A stretch of DNA of 64,000 bases from Eledone cirrhosa (lineage: Eukaryota). The notes beneath the pieces are model-generated. The model saw only the letters and a list, made by a program, of their open reading frames with translations, was not told the DNA's origin and ran no database searches. Position numbers and translations under genes: made by a program. This document shows, one piece after another, positions 13,145 to 24,750 of this stretch (position 1 is the stretch's first letter; each line of letters starts with the position of its first letter). The DNA lies in assembly GCA_964016885.1 (NCBI GenBank), contig OZ024743.1:25544001-25608000 (forward strand), read 5' to 3'.

Positions 13145-14704
13145 TTATTGGTTTGTTGGAAGAAAGCTGGGGCGGGGATTAAAGGGACAAACAGCCACAT
13201 GTACTGCTATTCATTTCAGTGACTGTAGTATTAAAATCAAATCTACTCTTTATGTCTTTCCTTCATGTGTATTTATGGGATTTGTCGTTGTCACGTGTAT
13301 CGTATTTCTAATGAGTATCATATTTTTTGTTCACACTGTAGCACTACTCGATTCTGTCAATAGAATTATAGAATTAAAGTTATTTTTGTTTTATTGCTTA
13401 GTGATAGAAGGGTGGGAGTAACGGTTGCTACAATAAGAATTAGCGCATAAAAACATCCAGATTTCCTCAAACCAGTATCCTGGTGCGAATACTTACAAAA
13501 GAATGAACCCAGTTTAAGTTAAACTAAGCAACGTATTAAGTAAATTATCCAGGAAATGATACAATCCCTTCAAAAGGACTCCTACAGTTATGGACTAGAC
13601 ATTTTTCTTCAAAATGCATGAGACTATCCGGAATTATCTCGATGGAATCAATGCCAGAATCATGCATTAAATACACTGATACGCCTGCAATCTTTGTGTA
13701 CAGATATAACTTTCCCCTTTATTACAATATGCAGTAATTTCAGAAGCTACAGCCCCCGTCAGTGTATCATTGAAGAGTTTAAAGTTCAAATGTTGATTTT
13801 AAAATGTTAACTCTGTATGAATGTTATTCAATCGTAATGAATTGAAGATAAGCGCAGCAAAGTTTTAATTTGTCACATAAAACATTCCCCATTACAATTT
13901 TTTTTTCATTATTATTATTAGTAGTAGTAGTAGTAGTAAAAGTATTACTATTAATACACACACACATATATATGTGTGTGCGTCTGTGCGTGCGTGTTTA
14001 TATATATATATTTATAGAGAGAGAGGGAAAAGAGATATATAGAGTGAGAGAAAAGGAGAGAAATCACATAAATTTTGTAATACAGAACGCACAATTAATA
14101 TCTCATAAAAGTGAGAAAAGAATCTTGCAAGTCTTAAATATTTCTAACATGAAATATTATAAGGATTTCGAACATAACTACATGTAATATCTTTTATTCC
14201 CCTTTCAGCAAATCATTTATTTATTAAATCGAGAAGAATAAATAGATAAAATAATTCTTAAATTTGAATTTGAACTTTAGTCCCACATAAAAATAGGCTG
14301 ACGGAGGGCTGGGCTATAATTGGAGACACACAAAAATGATATTTACTACAAAAGAGAATTACGCGTCAGAATGAAATCAAATATTTTGAGGTAGAAGAGT
14401 GCGCCGCTATAAATGATATATTCGTACGTACATACATACATACATACATACATACATACATACATACATACATACATACATACATACATAGTACAGTAGT
14501 GGAAGTTAGCTGCCCAACAGATGCCAATATAATATCAAAGATATACCACCCTGATTACACCTTAAGATTTATACTTGTGATTATTGGGGCACTGGGGTAT
14601 GTTAGTAACTGCCTCAATACAAATCTTGAGAAGCTGGGCTTCACGGGAACAGATAAAACACAACTAGTTAGGAAATAACAAGTACAATCCATTAATGGAA
14701 CAGT

Positions 14705-14968
14705 AAAAATATGTAAAACAGTCCAAAAATGTTGCATCTAATAACTGCATATACACATTTACAGATACTAAGCATATACACATGCACACATACAAGTCAA
14801 AACATACACATCCACACATACAATAACATCCATATCTACACATGCATCCAGGCATGCATACATGATCTACCTAGTTGACGTTGTGTAAATTCCAATGAAA
14901 GAGTCTTGTGTCTATGTTAGAAACCGACTCTCTCTCTATTGGTAAAAATGTGTGAAATTTTAAAACCA
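14705..14968. repeat. Direct repeat copy 2
   Basis: See 10956-11215. Confidence 0.9.
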
Positions 14969-15405
14969 GAAGAACATACATACATGATAGCTGCCCCCTC
15001 GTTATCGAGTACGGCCATTGCACGATATACCATTATTAATAGTTATTAATTCTTTCTTGCAATGCCTGTGCGTGAAGATATTTTTTAAAGTGAGGAAAGA
15101 CTGTGCACTGAGCCAACCCCACTCTCTGAGCGACAGTAGCTATAACCCTAAAAGAAGAAACGATCAACATCATCGGTAACTACTGAGCCGCAGGTTTTAT
15201 ATCGGAGTTATCCCAGATTTCTGAGTTGCCTTCTCCTAGAAGAATGCCCTGACAAAGGATAGGGGTCCTTCACTCTCAGTGGCTTAACCGCACGATCGGG
15301 TGTCCAGCCCAACTATTTCTATGTCATATATACATACATATGTACATATATACATACATACACATTTACATAGATACAGACGCACACAAACATACACACA
15401 CACAG

Positions 15406-15742
15406 ACGCATGGATTAGCGGTTAGAGCGTTGGGCTTACATTCGCGAGGTTGTGAGTTCTTTTCTCGGGTCGGGTTTTGCGTTGTGTTCTTAAACAGAAC
15501 AATTTATTTTACGTTGCTCCAGTTCACTCAGCTGCAGGAATGAGTTGCGACGTCACTGGTGTCAAGTTGTATTGGCCATTTCCTTTCCTTTGGACAACAT
15601 CGGTGGTGTGGAGAGGGGAGACTGGCATGCATGGGCGACTGCTGGTCTTCCACAAACAACCTTACCTCGGAGGAGAACTTTTTAGATACAAATCCCTTGG
15701 TTATTCGTGACCAAAGGGGGGGGGGGGGGTCTTTACCCTTAC
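15406..15742 (+). mobile_element. tRNA-derived SINE (family B)
   Basis: tRNA-like head (TGGATTAGCGGTTAGAGCG...GTGAGTTC) followed by TGCTCCAGTTCACTCAGC, which is shared with 46541-46812. Confidence 0.7.
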
Positions 15743-16077
15743 CTTTATATATAAAGTAAGTCCCACAACGTTTTAGTAAAACGATCCTTTGCTAATATGT
15801 TGTGGAACTAACTTTATACCGAACTCGTCCTATGGACTGAGTGCTCTACTCACTACGGATATAACCTTCCAGTGTTCTACCACTATATATATATATATAT
15901 TATATATATATATATACGATTTCGATGTCTTGTTTTAAGCGCCGAAACATCTATGATCTGCAGTTAACAGCTGGTGAAGGGTTTCTTTTCTTGTTTCGTC
16001 CATATTACCATCTTAAACTTTGTTTACAGTAACCACACAGCCCGCTTCGTTTCTCGTAATTGTATATATATATATAT

Positions 16078-16172
<95 letters not shown>

Positions 16173-16408
16173 AAGAGAGGGAGAGAGAGAGAGAGAGAGA
16201 GAGAGAAAGGGGGGGGGGGGGGAGAAAGAGGGAGAGAGAAAGAGAGATGTAAAATCCCGACCACAGCGCCTAGCGGTTGCAGATTGAGCATTCAGCAAGC
16301 CTTTTCACTATACCGTTGAAAAAGGTTTGCTGAACACAAGGTGAAACTGCTTGGCGTCGCGGTCGGGATTCTACATATCTCTATACCCATTCCGCATCCC
16401 CCCTCTCC

Positions 16409-16461
<53 letters not shown>

Positions 16462-16665
16462 TCTCTCTAATAATACACAAAACGCCAGCACCAGCAGTAA
16501 GCTTGTCAAACTAGAATTGTACTCATGCGCACGCAGGATTATCTACTCTGATGATCCTGCACGTGAAACTCCAGATTAACAAGGCTCCCTGCTTAGCCAT
16601 TATAAATGAATATTTAAACTCTACTTCGGTATTGAGTATTTTTTCTCAGGTTCGTCATTAACATA

Positions 16666-16752
<87 letters not shown>

Positions 16753-16873
16753 ACACATTTTTAATGTCTAGACCAGTAAACATGCAAGATAATACTAATT
16801 TCTATTTTGTCTGACATATTTCCATTTTTATATATTTATACATATATATATACACACACATATGTATACACAC

Positions 16874-17141
<268 letters not shown>

Positions 17142-17186
17142 ATATTATATTATATTATATTATTCTGAGTTCAAATCCCGCCCGGG

Positions 17187-17365
17187 GAATTGGCAGTATC
17201 GGTAGAGGGTCAGACATGCTTTTCAGCATAGTTACGTCCCTTTGCGATCTGAGTTCAAATCTCGCCGAGGTTAACTTTGCCTTTCATCCTTACGAGGTCG
17301 ATAAAATAAAGTACCAGTAATATACTGGGTATGGCTGGCCTTGTGCCAAAAGTAGAAACAATTAT
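17187..17365 (+). mobile_element. SINE family A (short variant)
   Basis: Head TGGCAGTATCGGTAGAG, box B, core, tail GGCCTTGTGCCAAAAGTAGAAACAATTA. Confidence 0.9.
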
Positions 17366-18509
17366 ATTATATTATAGTATATTATATTATATCCGGTAAT
17401 TTGTTTGTGTGTGGGCGCGGATAGGTGCAGTAGAATCGATAACAAAGGTAGAAGAGTAACAAATCATACGGAGGCGACGTTTTGCCAAGCCGGAAACTTC
17501 TCATAGATATACATGTAGATAGACTGACAGAGAACCTGACAGGTAGACAGATAGACAGACTGTCGGAGCAAAGAAAAATGGAAGCAAGGAAAGAACGAAA
17601 GAATGACTGAATAAACGGAAGAAAGAAAGAAAATTAAAGACAAAAACTTGTAACCAGTTGTGAAGGATCACCAGACGAACAGACGGGCGGAGAGACAGAA
17701 CTGCAGGAAAGATACATATCTATATAATTGAACGAGGCTTAAAAACAGCGCCATTTTCTCTTGTTAATTCCCTTCCGCATAAAAGAAACGCCGTCAGCAT
17801 CCAGAAAAAAAATAAAAACAAAAAAGAAAGAATGAAATATAGCAAAGAAAGAGAGAGAGTGTGTGTGGAGCTGGATCGGTTGATGGTGCCGATTGTAGAG
17901 GAGTGGCTGGGCTGGGTCAGAGATGATGGAGTGAAAGGTAGGAGGTCAAAAAGAGCACGAACAAAAATAAATAAAAAGTAAAAAGAGAAAGAGTCGTCTA
18001 TACTAACCAATAAGACTGAAGCTCCTTTAACGGCCTGCGGCTATCACGTGATTGGACCTCTGAGCAGTTAAATCGTATTCATTGTTATTTGGCCTCATCA
18101 CAGCCGTTGTTTTCATTTTATTTGTTCGGTGTCATTATTTTATTGTTATTCCCATTGCTTTTCGTTCGTTTTTGGAGGGTTTATATTTCTTCTTTGTATT
18201 TTCCTTTCCGAAGAGTATTTTATTATTCCTATTTATTTTTCTTCTATTCTAACCCAACAACACTACCGCCTTCACTATCACAACATGTCTTCCTTTTTCT
18301 GCTTTAGGTATTTACATTTCTTTCTTTCTCACTGTTTTCTCTTTCCATCTTATTTGTTCTTCTTTAACTGACAATCCAACCAGATGAATAATTCCAGTTA
18401 ATCTACTGACCGGGGAGGTGGGAGAGAATGAAAATCTAAAACGAAACGAAATGAACCCCGCCGTACTAAAATTACACGCGCATAAATTATGTATGTATGT
18501 ATGGATGGT

Positions 18510-18544
<35 letters not shown>

Positions 18545-18797
18545 CCATCCATTCATCCAGGTATACATACATACACACAGGTATACATACATACACAGAG
18601 GTATACATGCACACACACAGCTATACATACATACACAGAGGTATACATACACACACACAGCTATACATACATACACAGAGGTATACATACATGCACACAC
18701 ACAGGTATAAATACATACACAAAGACACAATCACATATAATATATATACATAATCACATATAATATATATATATATATATATACATAAATATATATG

Positions 18798-18897
<100 letters not shown>

Positions 18898-19052
18898 TTA
18901 GTGTGTATGTGTGTATGTTTTTGTGAAAAGACAAAAAAGAAATAAGAGTAGAAAATTTGATTTGTCGAAATCAGTGAAATGTTCTGTATTAAATAGTGTG
19001 TACGCAAAACATACTCCCACAAGCACGCACACACACACACATATAATTTATA

Positions 19053-19136
<84 letters not shown>

Positions 19137-20904
19137 TATATATATATATATATATGTATACATATATGTATACATATATATATATATATGTATACATATA
19201 TATATATATATATACACACATATATATATATATGTGTATGTATGTATATATACATATATATACAGAGAGAGAGTATGTATATATATATCTATATATATAT
19301 GTGTGTGTATGTGTGTGTGTGTGTGTGTGTGTGTACATATTTGTGATTGTTTGAACATGCAATTATAGGAATCATTCCAATCTATTCATAGATATATACG
19401 CCAACATTAGTTCTATGCATTTCATTTGGATTTCGTTCGAGATACATATAATGACAGAGAAAGAAAGAGCTAAAGAAATAGATGGAAGGAGGATGACGAA
19501 GAGAAAGTAGAGTATATATCTGTGTAAAATTCAATAGGCAGTAACAGACAAATGGAGACACAAACATTGTATATACATTTCTGTTACTGCATTCATTTAT
19601 ATGTGCATTCCTATACACACGCGCGCGCGCACACACACACATACACAAACACACTCACACACATACACATGTATATTGGCAGTAATACTAACATAGCATG
19701 ATTCATGATAGAGATTTATATAAAAGTATATGCAGTATATTTATGTATAATAAACATTTAAATCACGCTATGAATGTTTTAAGCAGCGATCATGTCACAG
19801 CTATGTCACGGATAATTTTCTTGAACATCATTTTCTGTCTTGTTATTGTTTTGTTTTCAGTTTGGGTTATCCTGTGGTTACTACCGTATATACACTTGTT
19901 AATCTAAAGATAACATGTTATTTCTTGCCTAGCAAATAATTTCTATTAGGTGCTGATGCACTGAGATGAACGATACCAGTCATAAATAAAGCGAAATCAT
20001 GGTGATTCCCAACAGGTAGCTGACGAAAGACCGGCTCCTTCTGTTTGTCCATTTTGTTTCTATTTCCCAGTGTCTGCTGTTCACGTTTTCTATGCTTAGA
20101 TTATGACTTCTGGACCTTGTTCTAGGCTTGAAGTTCTCTGCACTTCTTTCTAACACAGAGACATATGCTCACACGCACGCGTATATACATAAGCACACAA
20201 ACACACACACACACACACACATACACACACACACATACCTGCAAAGGTTTGGTTATATAAGTAGATTGGTTATGTCCCAATTCGGTTGGTCTCGCTTAGT
20301 GATCCAGCCAGATTAATTGCCGACGGTTGCTTTTAAAAGAAGCTTCTGGAAGGCGTGTCTGAAACTTGCCTCCATGGCCAAAAAGAAGAAGGAGAAGATT
20401 TCTTTCGTAGAGAGTCACAGATTTGGGCCTTGTACATATAAGTAACGCGATTATGATGAGAAGATTGTTAAAAAGTGTCTTAGAAAATGTATGCATTCTA
20501 TTTATGGTGAACGGCTTTCTGAAGCATGAAACGTTATCTGGAAAGGATTTTACGTAATTAGATTGGTTAGTGAGTTATTTGCTGGTGTTAATTGTTTAAC
20601 ATAACAAAATATAGTGTTATTTGTCAGCTCTTGTGTTATGAGCATTGTTCTAGTACCAGCTATGTTGGGATCCTTGAAGTTACCCGAAGTGTCAGAAACA
20701 AGTCAAGTGCCCACAACCCTTTATGGAGCCAGAAGAGGCGCCGTCCTTCAACATGTTTTGTTTTGGGGTATTTTAAACTTGCGGAGGCCCATTCCTCTCC
20801 AAGACGGAACGGACGATTTATTGAAGAGAAAGTGGGAGCGAGGGAGAAAGAGAGAAAAAGCGAGAGAGGGAGGGAGAGGGCAATACAAAAATAGATAGTG
20901 GAGC

Positions 20905-21068
20905 AATAGACCCCAGTACGGCACTGGTATTTTATTTTATTGGTCACGAAAGTATAAAAATCAAATTTAACCCCGGCGGCATTTAAATTCAGGGCGCAGA
21001 AAGGCGGAACAAATAACGAGGCATTTTTAATCTGATGTCCTAACGATTCTGTCAATTTGCCGCACTCC
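20905..21068 (-). mobile_element. SINE family A, diverged
   Basis: Reverse-complement core (CACTGGTATTTTATTTTATTG...AATTTAACCCCGGCGGCATTTAAATTCAG). Confidence 0.7.
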
Positions 21069-21147
21069 TTCAATGTTGTTGCTTCTAGATGTGTTTAGGT
21101 TTTATAGATGGCTGTGTAAGCTGTTGGAACTGTTTGAGATATAAATA

Positions 21148-21246
21148 TTTAACTTTGCCTTTCATCCTTAAGGGGTCGATAAAATAAAGTACCAGTAACG
21201 CACTGGGCAATTGCTGGCTTTGTGCCAAAAGTAGAAACTATTATTT
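21148..21246 (+). mobile_element. SINE family A, 3' half
   Basis: AACTTTGCCTTTCATCCTTAAGGGGTCGATAAAATAAAGTACCAG...GTAGAAAC. Confidence 0.85.
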
Positions 21247-21422
21247 TAATTGGTTTTCTGGTGTATGATTACATTCTGAATAAATTCATTTCTAATGTTA
21301 GTGAATGTAATAATTGCTCTGGTCCTCTCTTCATTGAGGGCTATATTGGTGTTGGGTCAGGATGTTTCTTTTTTCGAAATCTTGCGTTACTCAATTGCTT
21401 TTCTAACTGAAAACAACAATAG

Positions 21423-22405
21423 TGATGACCATGATGATGATGATGATTATGATGATGATTATGATGATGGTGATTATGATGGTGATTATGATGATGGTGA
21501 TTATGATGGTGATTATGATGACGATGGCAACCATAATGAAGTTGATGAAGTTTTGCTGACGATGATGATGATGATGGTGATGATGATGATGGTGGCAACC
21601 ATTGATGTAATTAATGATGTTCTGCAGAACGATAGTGATCGGGGTGATGGTGGTGGTGGTTGTGGTGGTGGTGGTGGTGGTTGTGGTGGTGGTGGTGGTG
21701 GTTGTGGTGGTGGTGGTGGTGGTTGTGGTGGTGGTGGTGGTGGTTGTGGTGGTGGTGGTGATGGTGGTTGTGGTGGTAGTGGTGGTAGTGGTGGTGGTGG
21801 TGGTGGTGGTGGTTGTGGTGGTGGTGGTGGTGGTTGTGGTGGTGGTGGTGGTTGTGGTGGTGGTGGCAGTAGTGGTGGTTGTGGTGGTAGTGGTGGTGGT
21901 AGTGGTGGTGGTGGTGGTGGTTGTGGTGGTGGTGGTAGTGGTGGTGATGGTGGTAGTGGTGGTGGTTGTGGTGGTGGTGGCAGTGGTGGTGGTTGTGGTG
22001 GTAGTGGTGGTGGTAGTGGTGGTAGTGGTGGTGGTGGTAGTGGTGGTGGTGGTGGTAACGGTGGTGGTTGTGGTGATGGTGATGGTGATTGTGATATTGG
22101 TGGTGGTTGTGGTGGTGGTGGTGGTGGTGGTAGCGGTGGTGGTTGTGGTGATGGTGGTGGTGATTGTGATATTGGTGGTGGTTGTGGTGGTGGTGGTTGT
22201 GGTGGTGGTGGTGGTGGTGGTGGTGGTGGTTGTGGTGGTAGTGGTGGTGATTGTGATATTGGTGGTGGTGGTGGTGTCAATGTTGGTGGTGGTGGTAGTG
22301 GTGGTGGTTGTGGTGATGGTGATGGTGATTGTGATATTGGTGGTGGTGGTGGTGGTAGTCGGGTTAGTGGTGGTGATTTTGGTAGTGATGGGGTGGAGGT
22401 GGGGT
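21423..22405. repeat. Compound trinucleotide tract, (GAT)n then (GGT)n
   Basis: Direct reading; (GGT)n with TGT/AGT/GAT variants from ~21645. Confidence 0.95.
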
Positions 22406-22729
22406 GATTTTGGTGGTCGATGATCACGAATGTATTGATGATTTCGAAAATATTTCAACACTCCCTCATATAAATAAATATCCCGTCTCTCTACTTTCTT
22501 TCTCTTTCTCCTCTCTCTCATACTTCTCCCTCTCTCACTTTGTCTTTCTCCTCTCTCTCATTCTTCTCTCTCCATCTCTCTATCTTTCTCTTTCTTCTCT
22601 CTTTCCCCATCTCTCCCTGTCTCACTCTCTCTCTCTTACTCCCTCTTCCCCTCTCTCCCCCTCTCTCTTATAACTCTCTTTTTTCTCTATCTAACTCCAT
22701 CGCTTTCTTCATTGTAGTGTCATTCCTAA

Positions 22730-22986
22730 TTACCACCACTGCTACTACTACTAGTACTAGTAATAGTACTATTACAGCCACAACCACCAACCACACTATC
22801 ACTACCGCCTAAAACCACCACCACCACCACCACCACTACCATTACCACCACAACCATCAGCACCACAACCATCAGCAGCAACACCACCACCACTATTACC
22901 ACCACCACCATCACCACCATCACCACCAACAGCCACCACCACCACCACAACCATCACCACCACTACCACCCCTACCACCAACCATC

Positions 22987-23017
<31 letters not shown>

Positions 23018-23262
23018 CTACCGCTACCACTTCCACCACCACCACCACCACTACCACCACCACCATCAACACCACAACGACCAACACCACCAACACCACC
23101 CCCACCCCACCCCCACCCCCACCACTACCACCATCATCACCCCCAACACCATGAGTACCACCACCACCACCACCATTATCACCACCACCATCACCACAAC
23201 AGCAACAACAACAACAACAACAACAACAACCACCACCACCACCACCACCACCACCACCACCA
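22730..23262. repeat. (ACC/AAC)n trinucleotide tract
   Basis: Direct reading; complementary in type to the upstream (GGT)n tract. Confidence 0.95.
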
Positions 23263-24327
23263 ATATTACAATTTAGCAGTCTCATACATTACAATTCAGG
23301 GTTGTGTAAAATTTAATATGAAATTAAGATTTTTTTGCCATTTCTCATCGGTGTTAAGTCTCTATTTCATATTCACATGTTATTCCAAGTGTGATTTCCC
23401 TGTTGGCGGAGTTCATATTTATTTGTTGCTGTGTTCCTTTGGTCAGTAGTTCATTCTTTCTTTTTGTGTGTTACTGTGTGTATATGTGTGTATGTGTGGT
23501 ACTGTTCATGTAAAAGTGTGCGTGTATATGTGTGTACGTGTGCATGTATGTGTATGTGTGTATGTGTGTGTGTATGTGTTAATGTGTACATGTGTATGTA
23601 TTTGTATGTGTATATGTGTGTTAGTGTGTGCATGTGTAATTATTTGTGTAAGTTAGCGTGTGCATATATATGTGTGTGGTGTGCGTAAGTGTATTAGTGT
23701 GTGCATGTGTATGTATTTGTGTGTGTTAGCGTGTGCATATATATGTGTGTATATGTGTGTGTGCGTAAGTGTATTAGTGGGTATGTGTATGTATTTGTGT
23801 GTGTTAGCGTGTGCATATATATGTATGTGTATGTGTATGCGTGCATGTGTTTTGTCAATTTACTGGCTGCCATTTTGTTCTTGTTTTTCATGTTTGAATT
23901 ATATTTCTGTTAGTTATCTTCACCATTATTATAATATTTTTTTCTAATATTGTTTTATAATTTGTTATAGTAGTTTATAGAGTGGAAGTTTTTTGTTTCC
24001 ATTTTTCCTTTTGTTTTTGAATAAATTGTCTGCGTAATCTAAACAACTCTATGGTAGTCGTTTTCCAAATTACCCCCACCACCATCAGCACGAACAGTAG
24101 CAGCAGTAGCAACAACAGCAACAACAACAACAAAAACAACAGCAGCAGCAGCAGCAGCAGGAGTCACTACCAATTCCAAACTTCTAAAATACCAAACTTA
24201 TCATTTGGCATTCATTAGAATCTAGTAACAGATCATGACGTTGTATTTGGTGTTGGTTAGGGGGGGGGGGGGTAAATGAATGAAAATACGAAAAAATAAT
24301 ACATTTAGAGAGCACATTATTATTGGT

Positions 24328-24705
24328 GAATTGGCGGTGGATTGGCAGTATCGGTAAAGGGTTGGACGCCATGCTTTCTAGCATAGAGTTTTGGCCTTTG
24401 CTATTCTGAGTTCAAATCCCGCCGAAGTTAACTTTGCCTTTCTTCCTTACAGGATCGATAAAATAAAGTACCAGTAATGTACTGTGGTAATTGCTGGCCT
24501 TGTGCCAATAGTAGAAACAATTATTATTGGGGAATTGGCAGGGTCGGACGCCATGCTTTCCAGCATAGTTACATCCCTTTACGGGCTGTGTTCAAATCCC
24601 ACCGAGGTTAACTTTGCCTTACATCCTTACGGGGTAGATAAACTAAAGTACTAGTAATGTACTGGGTGTTTGCTGACCTGGTGCCAAATGTAGAAACAAT
24701 TATTA
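24328..24705 (+). mobile_element. Two tandem SINE family A copies ending in (ATT)n
   Basis: Head-core-tail occurs twice (24328-24528 and 24529-24705). Confidence 0.9.
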
Positions 24706-24750
24706 TTATTACTATTGTTGCTATTATTATTATTATTATTATTATTATTG

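Noticed and set aside
14990-15320. Possible RTE 5'-UTR-derived insert; also a possible RTE fragment at 36668-36860
   Set aside because: Resemblance is from memory only and too weak to call.
16540-16585. CTGATGA...GAAAC hammerhead-like core
   Set aside because: Stem II is weak and the cleavage triplet and 3' stem I strand are missing; counted only as a decayed relic.
18560-18710. Regular 20-bp repeat units (also 23640-23830, 38930-39030) resembling an array
   Set aside because: Microsatellite-derived minisatellites without unique spacers; not CRISPR-like.
19985-20035. GAAA...CTGACGA arrangement suggesting a type II hammerhead (similar at 15945-15980)
   Set aside because: Stems I and II cannot be paired convincingly.
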